The notes beneath the pieces were generated by a model. The model did not search any database. It had not been told where the DNA came from and was given only the letters and a program-made list of their open reading frames with translations. DNA of 64,000 bases from Perkinsela sp. CCAP 1560/9 (Eukaryota; Protista; Euglenozoa: Kinetoplastea): NCBI GenBank assembly GCA_965644495.1, contig CBFFSA010000006.1, positions 310,001 to 374,000 on the forward strand, written 5' to 3'. The translations under genes were made by a program, and so were the position numbers. Shown here in pieces: positions 28,898 through 39,100 of the stretch. The first letter of the stretch is position 1, and every line of letters begins with the position of its first letter.

Positions 28898-31354
28898 ATG
28901 CCGAAACAAGAAACTCAAACTAAGAATTTTGCATCTTCCATTGATGCTATAACGCCACAAAAAACGTTCAACGTGGCGTGCGCAATACCTTTGAAAGCGA
29001 GGTCGGAATCATCAGTCATATCCTTGCGAGAAAAGACCTCCCTTGGCTATTGGACTTTACGTGGGAATGAACTACGTCGCTCCTCAAGTTTGCCCAGCAA
29101 TTTCAGTTCATATTCTCGAACGGGTTGCAGTTTTACAGAGTCTGAGTGCTCGCCTTCTGTTGTTACAATAGATGAGTTATATTTGGATGACATAATTATA
29201 GCCAGTACAGATGCAGGGCCGCACCAATTGCAATTTTTACACGATGGCCTATGTGTATTTGCGACACAGGTGCCTCCCTTAATTGAAGAGATCTACTCAC
29301 CCATGGATTTCGTAGTAGCACTACATTATGAGGAAATTTATAAAGTGCTAATCCGCGAAACGCGTTTATGTATGCTGTTACATCGTGAAGTAGCAAAGGA
29401 GGTAATTCTGCAAATGTGTGCCCAGCTCGTAAAGTTCCTAGTGACCAAGTGTCCTATAGGTGATTCTGTTTTCTCATCACAAATACAGAGGTATATTGAA
29501 CCTATTCCTGTCGTAGTTCGCTATAACTTGTCTACCCCATTGTGTGAATGGATTAGTGTTGTCCTTCGTGAGCGATCAGCAGGTCTTTCGGAATCCTCAA
29601 CAACAAACTCACAATATAAAACCAAGGTCATGATGTGTATGAAAGAATGCGACGCCCAAATTCGTGACTCACTGGATGAGTTTTCAAAATTCGTAATTCG
29701 ATTTGCCACTAGCGATGATTTTGTAACCTTTTGCGCTTTAGCTTCGGAGACCGCACTTGATATTCTAGACATCACATCTCGAGCAGAGGAGCAGAATGTC
29801 GTCAAAACCATTCCATTATCACCTGATAAAAATGGACCACGTCCTTCGAGTATTCGCACGAACTTTCTAAACTCGATTACGCAATGCGAAACTGACTCCA
29901 TGGACTGTACATCCGAATCTAACCCTCCCAGTTTTCATGTGAGTCCTACTGTATCTGTTTCCTGTAAAGAAGAAATTGATCCTTGTTCTTCCGAAGGAAC
30001 GCGACCTTCGAAAAATACTTGTTCAAACGAAGCCGGTACTTTCTTTTTAGATTCACCTGACGCACTGCAGACCCTTCCCCTCTCGGAGGAATCAATGTCA
30101 AGAATAGAGAAGAATGACAGACCTCGAGACCTTGCTTGCAGATTAGGAAATGGCAGAAACCTAAACGTCGAAGGATTCGTTATAGATGACACAATGTACA
30201 AAACGTCAGATTCGATCAAACAAATTGAAAATGGTCAGTTTGAAAGTATATTTGCTAAAAGTAGCCAAAAGCGGTCGAGTGAGGATCTGAGTAGTCCCAC
30301 TCCCTATTTTTCTAACGAGGAAAAACGGATTCGTACGCCTGATATATCAGAAACATTTGTCTCATCCGTCTACACCCCCCAAGATGCACTCTTAGGACCG
30401 CTTCAGGAAAGCGAGGCATTGTTATGTGAAATGGAGAACTTGGAGACGGCAGATGAGCATGACACTCGAGCAGTGCACGGCACGGAATTACCAATTTATT
30501 TGAAGTCGAATGAATCGTTTGCGCTCTGGAACACATACGTGTGCGACAGAGAGAAGTTTGTAAACGAATATTTCGATGGACTTGCAATCTCGTTGCTACC
30601 GAAAGCGGCAGCGCTTCAACGGGCCCAGTTGCGTTTAATGTGGAAAACTGGACTTAATCAGTTAGTAATGCAAGCTCGACAGAGAACACTCTATTTTGAA
30701 AAGAATGTAAGAAATGAGGAGAATCCGAAGACATTACCGCGCGCCAGAATTTCTATAGACACTCACTTAGCAAAGGGAAAACTTAGACAAAAAGAAATGC
30801 CTTTGAAAAAAGAAAACAGAAAGCGTCGTCGGTCACAGATTGACAAAACGTCCATTTGTAAAAATAGCAAATATGGTACTCAGAATAAGGCAATGAAAGT
30901 GTCCTCAACAAATTACCAAAAAAAGACTAGGAAGAAAGAGGTGAATTTGAAGGAAACGAAACATGTTTTTAGTGTTTCACGCAAATGCGAAGTACATGAC
31001 ATGTTCGATCTTCGTATTCCATTGGAAAAAACATTTTTTTCACAAAAGAAAAAAATTAAAGGTAAATCCAGAAAAAGTAGAAACAGACCTGTTGATGCAA
31101 CATTCGGATACGGGTTGACTTCTACAATCCTAAGTACAAGAGGTCATTCTGCAACGACTCGAACCCCTCTAAAGCGCTCTCCAATGAATCGCACGGGTCT
31201 CATTTCTCTAAACTCGGATCGAATTGTACGTGCGCTAAATAAACCAAGTGCCACGAATCGTGATAAAATGAATTGCGCATTATTCTCCCTGCGGTGCACC
31301 ATGAACAAGCTGTCAAAAGGTATAAGTGAACTTTATAACCTCATAAACGCATAA
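28898..31354 (+). CDS. Hypothetical protein with a Ser-rich middle and Lys/Arg-rich C-terminus
   Basis: 818-aa ORF on the cluster strand. No family recognised. Confidence 0.7.
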   Translation: MPKQETQTKNFASSIDAITPQKTFNVACAIPLKARSESSVISLREKTSLGYWTLRGNELRRSSSLPSNFSSYSRTGCSFTESECSPSVVTIDELYLDDIIIASTDAGPHQLQFLHDGLCVFATQVPPLIEEIYSPMDFVVALHYEEIYKVLIRETRLCMLLHREVAKEVILQMCAQLVKFLVTKCPIGDSVFSSQIQRYIEPIPVVVRYNLSTPLCEWISVVLRERSAGLSESSTTNSQYKTKVMMCMKECDAQIRDSLDEFSKFVIRFATSDDFVTFCALASETALDILDITSRAEEQNVVKTIPLSPDKNGPRPSSIRTNFLNSITQCETDSMDCTSESNPPSFHVSPTVSVSCKEEIDPCSSEGTRPSKNTCSNEAGTFFLDSPDALQTLPLSEESMSRIEKNDRPRDLACRLGNGRNLNVEGFVIDDTMYKTSDSIKQIENGQFESIFAKSSQKRSSEDLSSPTPYFSNEEKRIRTPDISETFVSSVYTPQDALLGPLQESEALLCEMENLETADEHDTRAVHGTELPIYLKSNESFALWNTYVCDREKFVNEYFDGLAISLLPKAAALQRAQLRLMWKTGLNQLVMQARQRTLYFEKNVRNEENPKTLPRARISIDTHLAKGKLRQKEMPLKKENRKRRRSQIDKTSICKNSKYGTQNKAMKVSSTNYQKKTRKKEVNLKETKHVFSVSRKCEVHDMFDLRIPLEKTFFSQKKKIKGKSRKSRNRPVDATFGYGLTSTILSTRGHSATTRTPLKRSPMNRTGLISLNSDRIVRALNKPSATNRDKMNCALFSLRCTMNKLSKGISELYNLINA

Positions 31355-31949
31355 GCGTGTTAAAAGTGGTATATTTCACTACTTAGGCTATTAGTTTCGA
31401 TCATATTTGCCACAGGATACTTGCCACAGGTATTATGCTTGGTGTGTTAGGGGCCCTAACTTATGGCCATTATATGTCTCTCTTCAGGTTGCCATAATGA
31501 AATTAAACTCTAGACGAACTCTAGACGATCTTGCCATTAAGTTCTTAGTATTGTACGACAGCGATATGCTATCAGAATTCAAGCGACATAAAGATGTTTA
31601 CTTTTTTTTTATGTGGAACTACGTTTGTTGACATCATCTTGCTCGATTTCAGCAATCCACTCAGGTTAACATTGGACAGACAATTATCCCCCTGAAACCC
31701 CATATAATCTTGCACGAGAGAGAGATAATTTACTGTGTTTCTTGCATCCAACGTGTTTATTCCCTATAAATTTGTTGTAAACGAACTGAATCTTTAAACG
31801 GACATGAATCTACGTACATAACGCACGTGAAACATAAACATTTTTTTTAACACAGCTTTTGGGCACCTTTGAATATCCCAAATATTTTTCTACACATCAT
31901 ACATAAATTCTTATTCTCATTTCATCTGTATCACGCCATATCTTTCTTC

Positions 31950-32960
31950 TGTTTCCTCCTTTCTCTCCCTCCTTATGCAACCTTCCTCCTCCTCCTGCGC
32001 CGGATGCGGCTCCCCCCACCCCACCCTCGCCTGCCCCACCTGCAAGGAACTCCGTCTCCCCCCCACCCTCTTCTGCACCCAAGCCTGTTTCCGCAAAAAC
32101 TGGAAAGCCCACAAATCCACCGCCCACAACCCCGACGCCTGTACCCTACGCACCATGCCCGACACCAGCCTGCTCTCCTTCCCCTTCACCGGTGCCCTTC
32201 GCCCCGGGCGTGTCACCCCGAAGCGCCCCGTCCCTTCCCATATCCGAACCCCCGACTACGCCTCCCACCCCGACGGTCGCAGTCTTCTTGAAGAGAACGA
32301 TCTCCGAGGCGCCATCCCGGTCCACGCGGACCCCAACGTGGTTGCGAAAATACGAACCGTGTGTGCGCTCGCACGGGAGGTGATCAACCTGGCCATGACC
32401 CATGTCGCGCCCGGGGTCACCACGGAGGCCCTGGACCGGGTCGTGCATGCGGCCACGATTGCCCGCGGGATGTACCCCTCCCCCCTGGGGTACTACGGGT
32501 TCCCCAAGTCCGTGTGTACCTCCGTGAATGAGGTGATCTGTCATGGCATCCCCGATGCCTATGTGCTGTGTGAGGGGGATATTGTAAACCTCGATGTGAG
32601 TTGTTACCTCGAGGGGGTCCATGCGGATTTGAATGAGACGGTGTTTGTGGGGAAACCGTCCAAGGCGACAGTGAGGTTGGTACACTGTGCGTATGAGTGT
32701 TTAGCCGAGGCGATCGCGTTGTGTCGTCCAGGGTGTTTTTACCGCAACCTGGGGGAGGTGATCACGCGTCGGGCGGAGAAAGAGGGGTGTAGTGTGGTGC
32801 GTACGTACTGTGGTCATGGTGTAGGGGAGCAGTTTCATTGCGCCCCGAATGTGCCTCACTACGCTAATAACAAGGCGGTAGGGGTGATGACTCCGGGACA
32901 TGTGTTTACGATTGAGCCGATGATTAACCAAGGGGTGTGGAGGGATGTTACATGGCCGGA
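31950..32960. other. GC-skew switch island 4 (centre ~32450)
   Basis: C runs 31950-32340 and G/T runs 32570-32950 across MetAP1. Confidence 0.85.
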
Positions 32961-33111
32961 TAATTGGACGTCAACCACGAAGGACGGGAAGTGGTCGGCT
33001 CAGTTCGAGCATACACTGCTGATAACAGAGAACGGCGTGGAGATTTTAACGGAAACCGAGGAGCCGTATTACCGTAAGCAGCTTCGTGAAATGGGAATCG
33101 ATCTTCCGTAA
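31975..33111 (+). CDS. METAP1: Methionine aminopeptidase 1 with N-terminal zinc finger
   Basis: C..C...CPTC....FCTQACF..W..HK zinc finger. FPKSVCTSVNEVICHGIPD, GDIVNLDV, GHGVG, FTIEPMIN, SAQFEHT. Confidence 0.97.
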   Translation: MQPSSSSCAGCGSPHPTLACPTCKELRLPPTLFCTQACFRKNWKAHKSTAHNPDACTLRTMPDTSLLSFPFTGALRPGRVTPKRPVPSHIRTPDYASHPDGRSLLEENDLRGAIPVHADPNVVAKIRTVCALAREVINLAMTHVAPGVTTEALDRVVHAATIARGMYPSPLGYYGFPKSVCTSVNEVICHGIPDAYVLCEGDIVNLDVSCYLEGVHADLNETVFVGKPSKATVRLVHCAYECLAEAIALCRPGCFYRNLGEVITRRAEKEGCSVVRTYCGHGVGEQFHCAPNVPHYANNKAVGVMTPGHVFTIEPMINQGVWRDVTWPDNWTSTTKDGKWSAQFEHTLLITENGVEILTETEEPYYRKQLREMGIDLP

Positions 33112-33314
33112 TGCAAGGGGGTGATAACACCCGCATCCTCGTTGAGCATCTGGAAGCATAGACGAAAAAAGTGATTAGGTTTCATATAGTAGCAAAAAAG
33201 AAATGCATTGTTCAAAAACTTGTTCTTATTCTTGATACGATTCTGCTTACTTCATACACCCTCCTGGGATGAAAAAAGTCTATTTTAAATGTATTTCCGT
33301 TTTTTAACTCCCCG

Positions 33315-34748
33315 ATGAGAAAAGTACAATCCTTCGGCCTGTATCAATATTCGCGGAGAAGTATAGCTTACTTTGATTGTCACCCGGGACTCAATACTCC
33401 GTTCTACAGCACACGAGACCGCCCACGTGGAATCGGGAAGCAGCTTGTAGAAACCCAACGTCAATCTTCTCGTCTGGAAAATGGGACACGTGTGGTTACC
33501 GAGGAGAGACAAGGCGCATTCTCTGGCATAGGAGTATACGTACAAGCCGGGGCGCGGTACGATCCTATCCAACTTCCAGGGCTCAACCATGTCATGCGTT
33601 GGAGTTTCCTCACATCAAACTTGGACTCATCCATGTTTCAAATTGACCGCGAATTTCGTGCTGTAGGGGCCAGTTACGAGCATCACGAGCTTTGTAAAGA
33701 GCTATTGGGTTTCAAAATGGAATGCAGACGAGATTTGTACAGCGTGCCTCTGCAAAAGATGTTTTCATGTGTCTCCATACCGCGTTTTATGGAGACAGAA
33801 GTCGTACGCTACCGCGATGCCATGGATGCGATTACAGAAGAACTTCGTTGGAAGACACCACGGCAGTGGTGTATTGAAGAGGTTCTTCAGCTAGCGTTCT
33901 ATCGAGAGCCGTTAGGAATGCCTCGCTATGTTCCCCCTCACATCAACGATGATATTGGAAAGGAAGCCTTACTTCAGCAGTGGCGAAAGTGTTTCCACCC
34001 CAATCGAATTACTCTCACTGGAATCAATGTAAGTCACCAGGAACTAATAGCGACATTCCAAAATCACGAGTTCGCACTTTCCAGCTCCGCCCCACACTTT
34101 CGTGAATTCAAAAATGGATATCAAGTAGGGCCCTCCTGTTTCCAAGGAGGCAAAGATCATGAGTTACATGAGAAACGTCAGAAGGTGATGACAAGTATGC
34201 CTTACATGGAAAATGAAGTTATTGGGGTATTGGCCTGGCGCACTTATGGGATGCAGTCATTGAGGAATTACGCAATCGCATGTGTGACCGTGCAACTTTT
34301 AAGCATTGAGCTGCAGGAAACCATTGAAAACGCCTCCGAGTCTACAGTTGAGGGATTGCGCTCCTTTCATTCTCCTTTCCTTGAAGTCGGAGTTTGGGGT
34401 TTTACCTATCGTTCGCGCTCCGAGGACGCACGGTTAATGGTTGAACAAGGTATCAAATTTATGCGTGGGCTCAAACCGACCGAAGAGGGTCTCGGTACGG
34501 CAAAGCATCGCGCAGTTTGTCGGTTATTTCATGATCATTTTGAGTGTGCCCGTGACTATATGGACTCTCTCGCACTGTCTACATTGACCGACAGTTCTAA
34601 ATTCACTGATGTACTGGAGCAGGTAGATCAAGTGACAGCTGGTGACATTAAAGGCTGCCTAGAGTTTGCCTTAGACGAGAAGCCCTGCATGTACTCCACA
34701 GGCGAAGTCCTCCTTATTCCGAGTCTCCGTCAATTAGGGTTTAAATAG
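33315..34748 (+). CDS. Mitochondrial processing peptidase alpha subunit-like (non-catalytic M16 family)
   Basis: SRLENGTRVVTE..G....GVYVQAGARYD...GLNH; lacks the catalytic HxxEH. Ends with VDQVTAGDI. Presequence-like N-terminus. Confidence 0.8.
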   Translation: MRKVQSFGLYQYSRRSIAYFDCHPGLNTPFYSTRDRPRGIGKQLVETQRQSSRLENGTRVVTEERQGAFSGIGVYVQAGARYDPIQLPGLNHVMRWSFLTSNLDSSMFQIDREFRAVGASYEHHELCKELLGFKMECRRDLYSVPLQKMFSCVSIPRFMETEVVRYRDAMDAITEELRWKTPRQWCIEEVLQLAFYREPLGMPRYVPPHINDDIGKEALLQQWRKCFHPNRITLTGINVSHQELIATFQNHEFALSSSAPHFREFKNGYQVGPSCFQGGKDHELHEKRQKVMTSMPYMENEVIGVLAWRTYGMQSLRNYAIACVTVQLLSIELQETIENASESTVEGLRSFHSPFLEVGVWGFTYRSRSEDARLMVEQGIKFMRGLKPTEEGLGTAKHRAVCRLFHDHFECARDYMDSLALSTLTDSSKFTDVLEQVDQVTAGDIKGCLEFALDEKPCMYSTGEVLLIPSLRQLGFK

Positions 34749-35029
34749 TTAAATAGTTAGGGTTTAAAATAGTTATTTGCGTCCAACAATGGCGTTCTTC
34801 GAAAAAAATGGCATACTGCAATTTTAAGAGTATTTAACGAAACAAATTAACGATACTGGCTCATAGTTTGTTTACCTCAGTGTAGAATTTTATTATGAAA
34901 GCATTGGCTGTTCAATAAAATACATTGAAATCGAACGCGACCCAAGAATTGACTACATGCGTCCCCTTTTTTTAACACACTTTTAACTACACTTTTATCT
35001 TTTTTTTGCTATTATTGATCCTCACTAAC

Positions 35030-35830
35030 CACCACTTTATTTTTCCCTGTCCCCTATCCCACCACATGGTAATTCCACAACACCCTCTGTTTACTTTCTT
35101 TCCACCCTAAAACCCCTTTTCCTACCCTATCCACCTCCCCTCCCCATGCTCCGCCGCCCCTCCCCCCTCCTCCTCCTCCTCCCCTTCACCCCCTCCCCCC
35201 GCTCCCCCACCCTCGTCCTCGACAACGGCATCCGCCACGTCCAAATCACCCGCCTCACCCACCCCTCCCGCCACCAGGCCCTCTCCCTGATCCCCATCCC
35301 GCGGTTCGCCTCCCGGTCCTTCCTCGACGCCTGGTGCTACCAGCCCTACATGCGGGACCACCACATGGTGGTGAGCGACGACATCCACGCCCCGCTGCAA
35401 GTCGCCCCGGTGCGCTGGATCCTCCACCGCTTCCCCGCGCTGGCCTACTTCCACCCGGGGAACCTGCCCGCCGCGCTGGAGCTCGGGATCACCCGGGCGC
35501 AGTTCGTGCAGCGGCAGCGCCTGATGCGACTCCCGTGGCGGTTTCTGGTGTTTCGGAGTGCCCGGGCGCGGGACCGGCTGTGCGGGCCGTACGTACGGCG
35601 GCAGGTGGGGGAGCTCGTGGGGGAGTCCTATGGGGCGCATCCGATAGGGGGGGCAGGAGGAAAGGCGGGGGGAAGACCCACCGTGGAGTCGTTTGTGTTG
35701 TTGCTGAATCCTGCGTGGGTGCCGCATGCGTTGGAGAGGTTGCGTGGATTGGGGTTTGAGATCGAGGAGACACGGTTGGTGGAGGTGGGGAATGATCGTG
35801 ATCTGGCGGCGTTGGAGGCGGTGGGGGATC
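35030..35830. other. GC-skew switch island 5 (centre ~35470)
   Basis: Extreme C runs 35040-35330 and G runs 35540-35830. Confidence 0.88.
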
Positions 35831-35955
35831 TTTTTAATGTCACGTTTTTATATTATTTGCTTTTTCTTGCGGTGCTGAGTAGTGCCGGTGCCGTGCGCTC
35901 ATTCTTTTTAAGAGGTAAGGAGTGGCGTGACAAAGAGAAAGAGTTAACTACGTAA
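35146..35955 (+). CDS. Hypothetical, probably mitochondrial, membrane protein
   Basis: MLRR start and a C-terminal hydrophobic helix (VTFLYYLLFLAVL). The CDS lies inside a GC-skew island. Confidence 0.7.
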   Translation: MLRRPSPLLLLLPFTPSPRSPTLVLDNGIRHVQITRLTHPSRHQALSLIPIPRFASRSFLDAWCYQPYMRDHHMVVSDDIHAPLQVAPVRWILHRFPALAYFHPGNLPAALELGITRAQFVQRQRLMRLPWRFLVFRSARARDRLCGPYVRRQVGELVGESYGAHPIGGAGGKAGGRPTVESFVLLLNPAWVPHALERLRGLGFEIEETRLVEVGNDRDLAALEAVGDLFNVTFLYYLLFLAVLSSAGAVRSFFLRGKEWRDKEKELTT

Positions 35956-36137
35956 CGAGTGTATTTGTACTATGTGGAAATTCACATTATGCCGCACATG
36001 TATTGACTTGTTTTCTAGTATCTGTAATTATGAATTACCCCCGCAATAGGCAAAGCATACGAGTGTTCAATTGTTACTGATATTTGAACGCAGAAGAGTA
36101 GTAGAAATTCGATAGAAATATAGAACCTTTCATAACA

Positions 36138-39100
36138 ATGCCGAATTTGAACCGTGCAGTTCTGTACATTAGACGACTTTCGAAAGGTAAAATAGCCAAT
36201 CGCTGTGATTGGTTCCGCTGGGATCAGATATACGGTCATTCATGTTTGCCCGCTTGTGGCGCAGTGTCTCGGCACGCTGATATGCACTTGCGCCCGCATG
36301 GTACTACACAAAACCTAGTTCTGCGCTGCTGCAGTAGTGCTGCTGTGGATGAAACGGATGCCGACAACTTAGAAGCTATTGGTGAACCTGACGAAAACCT
36401 TTTAGAAGCCGCTTTGCCAGTAATGTCAACGGAAGAATGGGATCTTACAAACATCTCCCCCATTCATTCCCTAGATTTTCTCGCGCTTGGACGGCTTCAA
36501 AATTTCATTAAGCGCCATCCAAGAGCAGTTTCAGGATCCGAACGGGACGACATGAAAACTACTAGTTTGGAGAAGCTCTGTGTCGTGTCGGGGAAATTTG
36601 ATGACGATACTGAATTATTCAAGCTTTCTTCGAAACGGCTTGACAATGCAGGCATTCTCTGCAGGGCTTGTGTCACTTTTCCATTGCCCAAGGAAATTAG
36701 CGATGATACCCTACAGGGAATCGGATACGCTTTGCACGCCAGAGAAGCTATTCATGTTGCTTCAATGCATGCTGAGCGCCAACTAGATGCGCTTGGTATT
36801 CCTGTTTGTGGATTGCGCAGAACGCAAATAAAATATGCCGAAGCGAAGCGAGCATCAGGTCTTGCCGCCCCATTTCCGAATGACCCAATAAAATCCTTAA
36901 AGGATACCACACTGCCCAGTCCACTCCGCTTAATACGAGAACACAGATTGCATGAGATTCAGAAGTTGTACATTCCAGTACGATATAACAGTTTTTACGG
37001 AAATCCACATGCTCTGGTGAGTCCTGTCAATGTTGATGAATTTTCCGTTGATCGCATTACTGCGTACTGTGCACATCATCGACCACAGGTAAAACTTTCC
37101 GAGCTTTGTATAAAAGAAGTCATCAATTCTGTAGAAGCTAAAGCAACGAGGGATAAAGGTTTTTTAGGTACCGCAGAAAAGGGTGATTCTACAGAATCTG
37201 TAACTGCCTGGATACACATTACTATCAGATTGCCTGTTCCGGAGAAATACGGAACACGGGATGTGAAAGGTTTTGCACCCCATAAAAAAACTGCTCTTAT
37301 TCTGGCGTGTATGCATGGGGAGCTGTTGCTAGATACACTCGGTATCCCCATTTTCTCGAACACTGAACAGCAAGAAAAACATGCCAAAGTCTGTGAAATG
37401 TATGGTCGAGGCGCTCCGCGTCCTGGTGATGAACCCGCAGCATCTTCTACAATAGGTCCGCCGGCCCTGAGAACCTTGTTTCCTGGCGAAAGTATTCCTG
37501 TCGGGGACCCGAAATGTGTTGACTCTCATTTGTCGAAGTACCGCGTTTCGCACATAACATTTCTTCCTGAGATACAAGACGTGTCATCAATCGATAGCAG
37601 TGCAATGAAAAAAATACAAGATTACTTTATTACACACGGTAAAGTGGATATGGAGCAATTTTACATAGAAAAAATTGATGGAACAGACTGTAATGGAGTA
37701 TTTAAGGCAGTCCTAGCATTGCCCATCGCAGACAACCGGCACGAACTCGCAGTAGGAATAGCGAACACTGCGGCACGAGCAAGAGAAGTGTGTGCCATGC
37801 ATGCGCTTACGATTATTGATCACATTACGAAAGAATCTCACATCAACGTCGAAGATGATGCACGTTCCCAAGGACTAATTCGGCCCCCTTTACGGTTCTC
37901 GAACGGCATGGATCGCATTCCATCTTTGCTGAATTTCATGAGAAAAGAACTTGAAAGCACACCTGTATCTTCCCGCACTGCAGTGGGGTCACGAAAGCAA
38001 AGGTCTAGAAAACTCTCATCTGAACTACAGGCTGATTCTGAAGAGTATATTCTTGTTCCTCCGGAAGAAACTATCGGAAGAGAGGCCAGTGAAATAGTGG
38101 CACTTACATCGCCGCGAAAATTCGATGCTTTTTCAGTTGAACGGATTAACGACTATCTACGAAGGCATGGAACTAGCCCTGAATTCGCGACAAACGTAGA
38201 AAATATTGGAGACTTAAGTTCGAGCCAGTTCTATCGAGTGAAAATATTTCTTCCCACGCCACCAGGATATGGACCTCGAGTAGGGATAGGTGAGGCCCCT
38301 AAGAAGCAAGAGGCAAATATACTCGCTCACATGCATTGTGAACTTATACTGGATCATTTGGGTATTCCATTATTTGACCATGAAGTACTTCAAAAGAAAC
38401 ATGCAATGGCGGCTCGAAAGCACAAGAGATTTGCTCCTACCCCTGCCGATGTAGGTTCTTCATTTTCTACACCGTCTCCACCTCCACTTAGAAAAGAAAG
38501 AAATGATTCTATGAAATGGTTGCGCTTCTTGCGAGAAAAATTTGAATCTCACAGTATAGATATCTCAGCGTCTCATGTCCAGACTGCACAGACTTCCACA
38601 TGGGACTATGTCGGTCCAAAAGAACTTGACTACGACGCAAAGCTTAAATTATATCACCACATTGTCACGCACCCCAAAAATCGCAATGTAACGACGCTCG
38701 ATAATCGTTTTGAAGTATCACGTAACGGTGAAAGTGGCGCTTCTTATTACTATTGCAAAATGAAAATCGATGTTCCCGAACACCGCGGGAAGATTGCGGA
38801 AGCAAGAGGTTCCGCCGTAACTCAGAGGGATGCAGAAATGCTATGTTGCATGCACGCGCTTCGGATTTTGGATGCGTACGGAATGCGAGTATTCTTTATT
38901 AAAGGTATGCAAGACAGGCACGCGAAGCAGGTAAGAAAAGCCGGTCGGTGGGCTAGATTTTCTACAGAACCTCCACCCCCAGCGTCGGACAACATATCCT
39001 TTCCGAAGGCTTTACGCATTGATGCCGCAGGACCAAAGCCGAAGCCACCGCCAACACCTTCCATCTGTGATGATGGAGTCTGGAATGCTTTTGTTGATGA

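Noticed and set aside
35030-35830. Islands as true long inverted repeats or foldback elements
   Set aside because: The arms are complementary only in composition. I saw no extended sequence-level inverted match, and both arms encode ordinary protein sequence.
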